Shown piece after piece: positions 18,203-25,402 of a DNA stretch of 31,774 nt. Location: the IMG/VR virus record IMGVR_UViG_3300036987_000043, positions 1 through 31,774 of that record; one strand, given 5' to 3'. The position numbers and the translations under genes were made by a program. Every line of letters starts with the position of its first letter. Position 1 is the first letter of the stretch. Source of the DNA: a virus. Lineage: Duplodnaviria > Caudoviricetes. Below the pieces are notes generated by a model that made no database searches, was not told the origin of the DNA, and saw nothing but the letters and a program-made list of their open reading frames with translations.

Positions 18203-18322
18203 AACGACCCCCTACCTCAAAACTTGCGGAATTTGCTTTTCTTGGAGGCGGCCGGTCTGGAAAGCGGAAGGTTCCAGAGTTTCGGATACCCCCCCGCCTA
18301 ATAAAATTTCAAAATCGATTTT
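18203..18322 (-). other. Probable cos/packaging initiation region; cut site likely near 18247-18256
   Basis: Non-coding gap between the packaging HNH and terS; coding strand GGGGGGTA...GACCGGCCGCC; AT-rich block with palindrome AAAATCGATTTT (18311-18322). Confidence 0.55.
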
Positions 18323-18685
18323 TTATTTTTCAGCGCGAGGGGCCTCGATAGGCCAACCATCGGCACCTACTGCTTGCCTTGCCTTGCCACCGCGCTCGAT
18401 GCGCTGCTCATCCGTGTTGTGGCAGTCATCGCATGATGATGCGTACTTGCTCGCATCCCAGAATAGTTCAGCATCGCCTTTATGAGCGATGGTGTGATGC
18501 ACCACTGTTGCGGGCCGCACCACGCCACGGGACAGGCACCTCTCGCACAGTGGTTGCTTGCGTAGCTGTACTGCTCGTGCTGCCAGCCACCGCGCCGTGT
18601 TGTACCACCTGCGCCACGGCTGCTCAGTCCTGCGCTTGGCGTCGTGTTCCCTGTTGCGTGCGCGCCGATGTTCCGGCTTAGGCAC
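18323..18685 (-). CDS. Terminase-associated HNH endonuclease (HK97 gp74-like)
   Basis: WY...RW...R..QL..QPLCE.C, A.VVHH...H.GD..LFWD, C..CHN, G.DGWP; GTG at 18685 favoured. Confidence 0.88.
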   Translation of the reverse strand: MPKPEHRRARNREHDAKRRTEQPWRRWYNTARWLAARAVQLRKQPLCERCLSRGVVRPATVVHHTIAHKGDAELFWDASKYASSCDDCHNTDEQRIERGGKARQAVGADGWPIEAPRAEK

Positions 18686-18863
18686 AATCACACGGCATGA
18701 CGACTCCGGGCTCAGTCTCATCAGGCCGCAACATCACCAGACTGTCGGGCTGTACGATCGGGCCGCCCTGCTTTGCCAGTCCGATCAGTTCACGCCTTGC
18801 GATGATGCGGGATTTGCCGCCGTCCTTGGGCACAGGTCGGGGGAATTGCAGGACGTTGTCCAT
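18678..18863 (-). CDS. Small hypothetical protein, first gene of the late operon
   Basis: ATG with AGGTG upstream; MDNVLQFPRP start; overlaps the HNH start. Confidence 0.5.
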   Translation of the reverse strand: MDNVLQFPRPVPKDGGKSRIIARRELIGLAKQGGPIVQPDSLVMLRPDETEPGVVMPCDCA

Positions 18864-19029
18864 GCAGCACCTAATATAATGAGTGAGGCTAGATTTCGGA
18901 CATAGAAATCCATGGCGGCAGACGATATTTTCGCTGCCCAGCGGAAAGGATGAACCACGTCGCTGTTAGTTTGCGACAATGCATATGATTTCCGTTCCCG
19001 TATATTCGTAACACTACGGCACCGTAATA

Positions 19030-19437
19030 CTACGCTGCACGGGCGCGCTTGCTTGGCCTTGGCCGCCGACTATTACCGCGCGCTCGACGATCCCGCGCTA
19101 CCTGCACGCGATAGTCGTTGTGCTCGCCCGTCACATGACCGAGAACTAGCCGCCTCATGTCGGCGTCGGATACACGCATGGCGAGAGATTCGTTCACTAG
19201 CACCCGCTGAACGCCCTCGATATCCTGTATTCCACCCCAATCTTCCTGATCGGTCTGGAAGAAAACGTAACCAGGCACTAGCGGGCGCTCGCCGGCACTG
19301 ATCTTGCCGTTCGTAACCCAAGTGCGAGCGAACGTCGGAAGAAACGCGCCACGCTCGATCTTCTCGATCTCGGCTCTGATAACGTGTTCCTGCCCGGGCA
19401 TCGTCTGGCAGGCCGCCCAATACTGCTGCTCAGCCAT
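19030..19437 (-). CDS. NusG-family (NGN domain only) putative late antiterminator with Arg-rich tail
   Basis: W....T.PG.E, FLP, RPLVPGYVF, I..I.GV..VL motifs; occupies the Q position; start at ATG 19437. Confidence 0.8.
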   Translation of the reverse strand: MAEQQYWAACQTMPGQEHVIRAEIEKIERGAFLPTFARTWVTNGKISAGERPLVPGYVFFQTDQEDWGGIQDIEGVQRVLVNESLAMRVSDADMRRLVLGHVTGEHNDYRVQVARDRRARGNSRRPRPSKRARAA

Positions 19438-19651
19438 GGACTTCGGTCCCCTTCTTTGTGAGTAATGTTCGAACGAGCTCGACGGCGTTGCGGACGCCCA
19501 TCCTTCGGAAAATCTCGACACGATGCGCCTCGACGGTGCGAGGGCTGATTCCTAGGCGCGTGGAGATTTCCTTATTGGAAAGTCCCATCGCCAGCAGATC
19601 GCAAACGCCCTTCTGTTTTTCGGTCAGGGAAGCCCGCTGTTCGCTTGCCAC
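19430..19651 (-). CDS. Stand-alone LuxR/FixJ-type HTH protein
   Basis: LT..Q..V..L...GLSNKEI...LGISPRTVE.HR..I.......N.VELVR. Confidence 0.88.
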   Translation of the reverse strand: MASEQRASLTEKQKGVCDLLAMGLSNKEISTRLGISPRTVEAHRVEIFRRMGVRNAVELVRTLLTKKGTEVHG

Positions 19652-19692
19652 GTCTCTGCCTCTTGAGTTTCGATTTTGTGAAACGCTGTGAG

Positions 19693-20010
19693 TTACTTAG
19701 CGTCCTTAACTTCGGCCGTTACTTTCGGCGCTCCGGACGGTTCTCCGAACGCTCCACAATATCCGACTTCGAAAGTTGTTGGCATCAGCGCGGCCTTTAG
19801 GCCGATGGCCCATCCGGATTCTTGGCTGCGCGCTACCGGCACCTTTGTATGAACCCAGCGCCACGCCATGCACGCTGACCCGATGCACATGCAGTCTATG
19901 TCGGGCTGTCTATTGAAACGATTGACACCACCAACCGACGTGCTCGCGTCTTCGCGCATCGCCATGGCCTTGGGGCACCATTTCGTTTTCGCATCGACCT
20001 CGGAGTACAT
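19693..20010 (-). CDS. Cys-rich conserved phage protein
   Basis: AKTKWCP...CIGSACMAWRW...GYCG pattern. Confidence 0.65.
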   Translation of the reverse strand: MYSEVDAKTKWCPKAMAMREDASTSVGGVNRFNRQPDIDCMCIGSACMAWRWVHTKVPVARSQESGWAIGLKAALMPTTFEVGYCGAFGEPSGAPKVTAEVKDAK

Positions 20011-20048
20011 CGTCTCTGCCTCGATAGTTTGTGTTTTGGATTACGCGG

Positions 20049-20171
20049 TTAGTTGGTCAACGCGATTAGAACTGCGAGCCCGAGATACACTCCGGACCAC
20101 ACCAAACGCTTTTCGGCCATCGCGAAGAAACTGCCGGCCGCACACCACCCGATGACGAACTGATCGCTCAC
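20049..20171 (-). CDS. Small membrane protein (40 aa), missing from the ORF track
   Basis: GTG overlaps the HNH stop (GTGA); VSDQFVIGWCAAGSFFAMAEKRLVWSGVYLGLAVLIALTN. Confidence 0.5.
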   Translation of the reverse strand: MSDQFVIGWCAAGSFFAMAEKRLVWSGVYLGLAVLIALTN

Positions 20172-20662
20172 GCCACATGCCTCCACGTAACGCGCCTTAT
20201 CGCGTAGTGGATCACCTGCGGGGCGACTAAAAACTCGCCAGCGAGATCAGCAAGCGTGACACCGCCAGCCGCATATCTGTTGCGAATTTCACGAACAGCA
20301 GATTCCGTGAGCTTTGCGCTGCGGTGGCGCTCACCATGTTCATGGCGTCCCTTGCTTACAGAATCAGCCCTGTTATCAGCCGGAGTTCCCGCAAAGATGT
20401 GGCTCGGGTTACAGCAACTCGGACGATCGCAACGATGGCAACCATGAAGCGGCCCAACAATCCCAGCCGGCAGCCTATGTGAGAGAACCATTTTCCCACG
20501 AAATTTGAACTTCCCGTATCCACGTCGATCAAGCCGCGCGAGCCAATCCCAGCACTCGCCACCACTACGAACATCAACCTTCGCTATGAAACGATCGGCT
20601 TCCTTAATCGTCATCTCATAGGGTCCGGTCATAAGCGCCGATCGCAAAACCTCTACGCTCAT
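20168..20662 (-). CDS. HNH endonuclease with C-terminal HTH-like domain
   Basis: RF..KV.....CW.W......GYG.F, HR, CHRCD.P.CCNP.H.F.GT..DN..D...KGR, AKLTE..VREIR, TW.HV. Confidence 0.88.
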   Translation of the reverse strand: MSVEVLRSALMTGPYEMTIKEADRFIAKVDVRSGGECWDWLARLDRRGYGKFKFRGKMVLSHRLPAGIVGPLHGCHRCDRPSCCNPSHIFAGTPADNRADSVSKGRHEHGERHRSAKLTESAVREIRNRYAAGGVTLADLAGEFLVAPQVIHYAIRRVTWRHVA

Positions 20663-20865
20663 CAGGAATCCTCCTCTGAATTAGCCGCGAGCGAGTAACC
20701 CATAAGTCGCCCGGACGCGTAGCGTTGCCGCTGCCAAGTTTCGCTCTTCATTTTCCAGCCCAAGTCGTCCCGAACAACAGTGGCCTTCACCGCGTCGCCC
20801 TGTTTCCTGATCCATGAAACGGACCGACCGATGTGAATTGAAAGACCGCGCTGCGATAAGCTCAT
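20662..20865 (-). CDS. Hypothetical protein (67 aa)
   Basis: Coupled at both ends (ATGA and TGATG overlaps). Confidence 0.55.
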   Translation of the reverse strand: MSLSQRGLSIHIGRSVSWIRKQGDAVKATVVRDDLGWKMKSETWQRQRYASGRLMGYSLAANSEEDS

Positions 20866-21383
20866 GCCGCACTGACCTCTGAATTAGCCGGGGGGATTCG
20901 TTCGCCGGTCGAACCGTCGATTTCGGCGGCTGCGATTGTTCGATGAAACTCAGAAAGCTTTTCCTGAACCTTCAATTTCTGTTCAGGTGTGGGTTTGAGG
21001 CGATCCCGCTCGGCTTGATCGGCAAGCTGACGGCGGGTCAGCGCATCGCTCTCGGCCCGTCTGCGCCGCGGCCCGTCGATCGCTTCGCAGGCCAGGTAGA
21101 CTTCCCGCACCGTAGGCAGGAAATCTTTCTGGATCGGCAAACCGGTGGCCGGGTGCGTCACGTCCCGGATTACGTCCTCGGGATACCGCGCCAGTGTCGC
21201 CGTGATCGCCGCGACATAGGTGTCCGGATCATTGGCATCACCCTTGCGATAGCAGCCGAGGAGCAGACGGGCTCGCTCCGCTGCGTATTTCGTCAGCACC
21301 ATCGGGTCCGGCATCGAAACTTCGGAGCGTGTCGGCAAGACGGTCAATGGCTTGAATGACGTTTCCACCTTGGGGTTTTCCAT
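20862..21383 (-). CDS. Replication accessory protein (helicase loader-like position)
   Basis: Follows and overlaps the initiator; LL..Y...DA.DP..Y......L..YP..V......P..GL...FLPT..E motif common at this position. Confidence 0.6.
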   Translation of the reverse strand: MENPKVETSFKPLTVLPTRSEVSMPDPMVLTKYAAERARLLLGCYRKGDANDPDTYVAAITATLARYPEDVIRDVTHPATGLPIQKDFLPTVREVYLACEAIDGPRRRRAESDALTRRQLADQAERDRLKPTPEQKLKVQEKLSEFHRTIAAAEIDGSTGERIPPANSEVSAA

Positions 21384-22131
21384 TTGCTATCACTGTGAGT
21401 TTTTCGGGTTGACGGACTTCGACCTTCGGCAACGGCGCGTTGTGCGCGGCCATCGCTTCGGCCAGCGGTCTTTCGAGATATTTGAACCCCATGATTGAGG
21501 ATTTTGCCCGGCGAGCTACCGTCTTGGTGGCGTCGATCATGACCGCACCGATCCAGCCTTCGTTCAGGCACTTCTGGACCCACATGGCACCGCCACACCA
21601 ACCTGGTGGAATTTCCTCGGGAAGATCGTAGCCACAGGCTTTTTCCAGCGCGTCAGCTATTTCGAATGCTTCCGCTGAAATCATGCTCGTTCCCGCGCGG
21701 GTCGTCCTCCCCTCATCATCATTCTGTCTCTGCTCTGTCTCTGGCAGTTTCACCGTTACGGGTTGCGTTACGGTATCAGTTACGGTCGCGTTACGGTCGT
21801 TACGCTTACGATCCCTGTAACGCTTCATCCGTTCCGGGGCGGTCGGGTCTGCCGCATCGGTCTTGTATTGGCGCCCCGTCCAGTTGTGAGGCTCGAAACC
21901 ATCGTCTGTCTTATCCAGTAATCCGGCCACACAGAGCCTTGTGATGATCTCTGAGGCCTTCTCGGGCTTCACACGCAACGTAAAGGCCACACTAGCGACA
22001 GCCGGCAACTTCCCGCCATTCTTCGACGCGATGCACTGGATGTTAAACCATGCGCGAAACATCGAGTCCGACAGCAGTTGCAGCTTCGGATCATCAACAG
22101 CTTCGTCGTATGCGCGCCACCAGCGGCTCAT
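21238..22131 (-). CDS. Replication initiator (replisome organiser, O-like)
   Basis: W.R.Y.....DPKL..L, H.W...QY, ERMKRYRDRKR followed by internal iteron repeats. Confidence 0.8.
   Translation of the reverse strand: MSRWWRAYDEAVDDPKLQLLSDSMFRAWFNIQCIASKNGGKLPAVASVAFTLRVKPEKASEIITRLCVAGLLDKTDDGFEPHNWTGRQYKTDAADPTAPERMKRYRDRKRNDRNATVTDTVTQPVTVKLPETEQRQNDDEGRTTRAGTSMISAEAFEIADALEKACGYDLPEEIPPGWCGGAMWVQKCLNEGWIGAVMIDATKTVARRAKSSIMGFKYLERPLAEAMAAHNAPLPKVEVRQPEKLTVIANGKPQGGNVIQAIDRLADTLRSFDAGPDGADEIRSGASPSAPRLLSQG
21755..21822. repeat. GTTACG(G) iteron-like repeats, probable replication origin
   Basis: GTTACGG at 21755, 21767, 21779 and 21790; GTTACG at 21799; inverted GTAACG at 21817. Confidence 0.7.
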
Positions 22132-22419
22132 TTAGATCATTCCCATCGCGCTCATATAAAGTTCCAGGATTGTCTCTTGCTCGGACCGTTCAGAGGCATC
22201 CTGCTTCCGCATGCGAATGATCGTGCGCAGCGCCTTGACGTCGAAACCGTTGCCCTTGGCTTCGCCGTAGATGTCCTTGATGTCGTCGGAGATCGCTTTC
22301 TTTTCTTCCTCGCATTTCTCAATACGCTCGATGATGGCCTTCAACTGGCCCTTGGCGAAGGTGTGGGACGCCTCTGGATCTGGTTTTGTGCCGGTGTTGC
22401 TGGCGATTTCAGGTGTCAT
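22132..22419 (-). CDS. gapR: GapR/DUF2312-family nucleoid-associated protein
   Basis: QLKAIIERIEK.EEEKKAISDDIKDIYGEAKGNGFDVKALRTIIRMRKQD..ER.EQE.ILELY..A.GM. Confidence 0.93.
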   Translation of the reverse strand: MTPEIASNTGTKPDPEASHTFAKGQLKAIIERIEKCEEEKKAISDDIKDIYGEAKGNGFDVKALRTIIRMRKQDASERSEQETILELYMSAMGMI

Positions 22420-22612
22420 TTTTGATCCTCTTGCGGCGCGCCGCGATGCTTTCTTTCAACCGAAGATCTGAACAGGGAGAGCAACTTCTCTTCCCGCCCT
22501 TATTATCGATCCAGACGCCACACCCAACGCAATGGCGCGCCGGGCGCTTACCTCGGCCACTTGTTTCGAGGCAGGAGAACTGATTTCGGTAGAAATCAGC
22601 GACTGCCATCAC
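22409..22612 (-). CDS. Small zinc-ribbon protein
   Basis: CVGC...CSPC followed by a basic tail. Confidence 0.55.
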   Translation of the reverse strand: MMAVADFYRNQFSCLETSGRGKRPARHCVGCGVWIDNKGGKRSCSPCSDLRLKESIAARRKRIKNDT

Positions 22613-22824
22613 GCCACCGCCTCCAATGAAGCTACAGCCGCAACGAGCGATGAAAACTCCTCATCACGAAACGGGGCGACAGGTGGTTTGTCGCTCCTCC
22701 ATTCCATGAGGCAGTAGTTTTGACGGGACATATCGACGCCGGTAAACGCCCAGCCGATCTCGTACCAGGTCATCACCTCGGATTCGTGGACACTGACGCA
22801 ACGGGATCTTGTTTGCTCGGTCAT
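22609..22824 (-). CDS. Hypothetical protein (71 aa)
   Basis: Stop/start overlaps at both ends. Confidence 0.55.
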   Translation of the reverse strand: MTEQTRSRCVSVHESEVMTWYEIGWAFTGVDMSRQNYCLMEWRSDKPPVAPFRDEEFSSLVAAVASLEAVA

Positions 22825-23123
22825 AACGCCTCCTTACTGAGTTTTTCAGCGGCTTCACCGGCAACCGCAGCCCAGCCGCAAGCGTCACGATAGTTGTCCA
22901 TCCGGAATGGCCCGGTGTATGCCCTTGCGTGTTTCAGCCCGTTCATCATCCACGCGACGTCCAGCGCCGTCAGCGCCTTCTTGGGCGGGTTGCCGGTGGC
23001 GTGCAGATGCGCGTTCCACATGATCGCGATGCGCGTCAGACCGGACACCACATCGCCATAGGCGGTCTTACGATCACCCCCGACGAGATCAGCAGCGGCA
23101 GATGCGATTGCTTGGGCTTTCAT
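22821..23123 (-). CDS. DUF6378-like protein
   Basis: A..LV.GDR...YGD......IA..W, DVA.MM..LK.AR, DN..D..G.AA; ATG 23123 overlaps the MTase stop. Confidence 0.8.
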   Translation of the reverse strand: MKAQAIASAAADLVGGDRKTAYGDVVSGLTRIAIMWNAHLHATGNPPKKALTALDVAWMMNGLKHARAYTGPFRMDNYRDACGWAAVAGEAAEKLSKEAL

Positions 23124-23707
23124 GCTGCGCGCCCCTCGTAAATCAAGCGAGCGCGGCCAGCGCCTGGCGCAAACGCTGAAGGCGCCCAGACGTACCAAGC
23201 ATGATCCTCAGTCCCCGAAGAATCGCCCGGAAACCACTGGATGCGATCGACCAAGGCAATCTTGGCAGTAAAGCGTGGATTCTCTCCGAACAGATCCGCG
23301 CGCGTTTTCCCAAAGTCGAATTTGGCCGTCAGCAACAGAGCTACGTATCCGGAACACCGCTTGAGCGCGAGCCGCGCATACTTCACCGCGTCACGGTTTC
23401 CTTTTCCGTATGGCGGGTTCGTATAAAGATGCTCGAACGCTCGCGGTTGACGGGTGGCCGCGCTCATTGGGGACAGAAAATCGAAATACTCATCATGCGA
23501 CCGGTCATAGGTAGCGATGTCGCTGGTGAATACGGACGCTCCATGCTCGCGAAGCACGTCAGCAATCAGATGATTCCCCGCCGACGGCTCCCAAACCGTT
23601 AAGCCGCTGCCGACCGGGAAATGGCGCAGCAGCGCTTCCGTAGCCCATGGCTCGGTCTGGTAGAGATCGTTTTCCTTGCGGGCATAGTTTGATACGACGA
23701 CCGTCAT
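23120..23707 (-). CDS. Orphan DNA N6-adenine methyltransferase
   Basis: D.Y.T..WAT..LL, motif I VWEPSAG, SDI, DFL, motif IV TNPPY, AWYVW. Confidence 0.85.
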   Translation of the reverse strand: MTVVVSNYARKENDLYQTEPWATEALLRHFPVGSGLTVWEPSAGNHLIADVLREHGASVFTSDIATYDRSHDEYFDFLSPMSAATRQPRAFEHLYTNPPYGKGNRDAVKYARLALKRCSGYVALLLTAKFDFGKTRADLFGENPRFTAKIALVDRIQWFPGDSSGTEDHAWYVWAPSAFAPGAGRARLIYEGRAA

Positions 23708-24054
23708 GCCGACACCGCCGTCTTGCAGATCAACGAACCCCATCGCGGACAGATGGACGCGTGCCGGCGGCGCGAACGCCCCGAGCCGACCTGGATGATG
23801 ATGTCTTCCTTGAGCGCACGCCGGTAAACGGAACCCCATGCGCGATCAGTCGGGGGCTGCGGGAATCCGCATTCCTTGCTGGCGTCGGAAACGTCCTCGC
23901 TGATGAACGATTGATGCGTCCTGGCGAAGTTGCGCAGGAAGTCGAAGGCACGATCGGTCCAGCCGATCACATGCGCGTCCGCGTTATCCGCGGCGATCTG
24001 CATCCCGGCGCGTCGGGCTTCGAGGGCATCAGCCATTTCAAAAAGATCGGTCAT
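23704..24054 (-). CDS. Conserved phage hypothetical protein
   Basis: P...RAWG.V...A and S...H....W.S pattern; ATGA overlap with the MTase. Confidence 0.65.
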   Translation of the reverse strand: MTDLFEMADALEARRAGMQIAADNADAHVIGWTDRAFDFLRNFARTHQSFISEDVSDASKECGFPQPPTDRAWGSVYRRALKEDIIIQVGSGRSRRRHASICPRWGSLICKTAVSA

Positions 24055-24091
24055 CGCCCCTACTCCACCGGCATCGGTGCTGAATTTCGCA

Positions 24092-24370
24092 TTACGAATC
24101 CCTCCTCTTGCGAATGCAAAGCTCGTAACCAATGACGTTCAGTGCCGCCTCCAGCGTATCGACCTTCGGGGAGCACCGGCTGAACCACGCGCTTATCGTT
24201 GAGCGCCGGATACCTGAGCGATCCGAAACCTCGGTGAGTGTTGTCTTCTGATCGTTGGCGTGCTGTACGAACTGCCGCACCAACGGATGTGCGCGTCGTG
24301 GCGTTGGCAATTTCCCGCGCCACCGACATCCGCGCCCGAGGACAAGATTTTCCAGGCTGCGCTGGTTCAT
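24092..24370 (-). CDS. XRE-family HTH protein
   Basis: HPLVR.F, L.EVSDRSGI..STI..W.....P....LEA.LN..GYEL. Confidence 0.75.
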   Translation of the reverse strand: MNQRSLENLVLGRGCRWRGKLPTPRRAHPLVRQFVQHANDQKTTLTEVSDRSGIRRSTISAWFSRCSPKVDTLEAALNVIGYELCIRKRRDS

Positions 24371-24918
24371 CAGGCCGCCTCGAAATTGAGGAAGAAGGAG
24401 GAGCGCTTCGGCCCTGTGCGGAGCGCGTCAGGACGGCGTGGCGCTGGCGTGTGACCGTGACAAAGCGAATGGTGGGGGCCGCAGTACGAGCTTTCGCCCC
24501 TGACCGGATGGCCGCAAAATGTGAACGGCGCGCCTTCCGACGGATAACGGCACTCGCCCGGCTCGATTGTTAGAATGTCGAGTTCGCGCGAAATGACCTC
24601 GACGCAGCGCGGTTCGGGCTGCTCGACTTCGATCGGCGCGACGATAGGATTGCGGCGAACGGCGCGCGGCCTTTGCGGTTTTGGAGCGCGCGTCTCGCCC
24701 TTGTCCTTCGGCTTCCGCATCGTCTTGTAGCGGACGCCAGCCTTGATCCCGAGCCGGTGCGCGCGACCTATGGCGGCGTTGCGGCTGAACTGTGTTTTGA
24801 ATTCCGCATTGATGAGGACGGCGGCTTGCGAGAGCGACTTTCCGTCCGCAACATGCCTGATAAGAGCGGCATCCATTTCGGCTGTCCATATTCTGAACTC
24901 ACCCTTGCGTGGTGGCAT
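24370..24918 (-). CDS. gcrA: GcrA-family cell-cycle regulator homologue
   Basis: N-terminal WT.......L......G.S.SQ.A..I.....SRNA.IGRAHRLG; C-terminal CRYP......FCG.P.....SYC..H. Confidence 0.9.
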   Translation of the reverse strand: MPPRKGEFRIWTAEMDAALIRHVADGKSLSQAAVLINAEFKTQFSRNAAIGRAHRLGIKAGVRYKTMRKPKDKGETRAPKPQRPRAVRRNPIVAPIEVEQPEPRCVEVISRELDILTIEPGECRYPSEGAPFTFCGHPVRGESSYCGPHHSLCHGHTPAPRRPDALRTGPKRSSFFLNFEAA

Positions 24919-24958
24919 ATGCGCTTCCCCTTCTAGATGCCGCAGTGATGCGAGCGGG

Positions 24959-25120
24959 TTACGAACGAGTTTCAGTATCGAGCCACGGCGCAATCCAAAT
25001 CGCGCCGTTAACGAAGCCGTGCCCGAGTGAGGCCAAGATGCGCGCCACGCTGGTTCGTAGCCTCCTGGGCCAACCTTGACTCCATCTTGAGGAGCCGCGT
25101 GCGTAGATCGTGGATTTCAT
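24959..25120 (-). CDS. Possible small protein overprinted on the 3' end of the CII-like gene (53 aa)
   Basis: SD GAGGAGG 6 nt before ATG 25120; ends ...AIWIAPWLDTETRS. Confidence 0.4.
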   Translation of the reverse strand: MKSTIYARGSSRWSQGWPRRLRTSVARILASLGHGFVNGAIWIAPWLDTETRS

Positions 25121-25340
25121 TCCGCGCCTCCTCTTCTCGTTTGTTTTGAAGTGCTTGTTCGATTTTAAGGGCTTCGTGTGCATCGATGCGCCGGGCCTTG
25201 CCGTACCAAATATCGAAGGCCCGCCAGTATTCGAGGCCGACGATCCGAGCAGCGCGTTCGATCGCGCGCTTGATGAGATCGCCACTCGGACGAGGCTCAG
25301 CCAATTCCTTGAGCGCATCCGCGTATGTGAAGGACTTCAA
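25008..25340 (-). CDS. CII-like transcriptional regulator
   Basis: Position downstream of cro; K.AI.RAAR..GL.Y.R...IWY..AR.I.A.E HTH-like pattern plus C-terminal coiled coil; TTG start with SD GGGAGG. Confidence 0.65.
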   Translation of the reverse strand: MKSFTYADALKELAEPRPSGDLIKRAIERAARIVGLEYWRAFDIWYGKARRIDAHEALKIEQALQNKREEEARNEIHDLRTRLLKMESRLAQEATNQRGAHLGLTRARLR

Positions 25341-25402
25341 AGCGCGTCCCTCCCAAGAAAATTGGGAGATCTCCCAAGGCTAAGGGCAAATAAAAACAAC
25401 AT
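25337..25402 (-). CDS. Leader peptide (21 aa, MLFLFALSLGRSPNFLGRDAL) coupled to the CII-like TTG start
   Basis: SD AAAGGAG before ATG 25402; its TGA overlaps the TTG start (TTGA). Confidence 0.45.
   Translation of the reverse strand: MLFLFALSLGRSPNFLGRDAL
25350..25377. promoter_or_regulatory. Three alternating CTCCCAA/TTGGGAG boxes upstream of the CII-like gene
   Basis: CTCCCAA 25350-25356, TTGGGAG 25362-25368, CTCCCAA 25371-25377. Confidence 0.55.

Noticed and set aside
23120-23707. Restriction-modification system or CcrM orthologue
   Set aside because: No adjacent endonuclease; the motif order (motif I before NPPY) and short length differ from beta-class CcrM (DPPY first)
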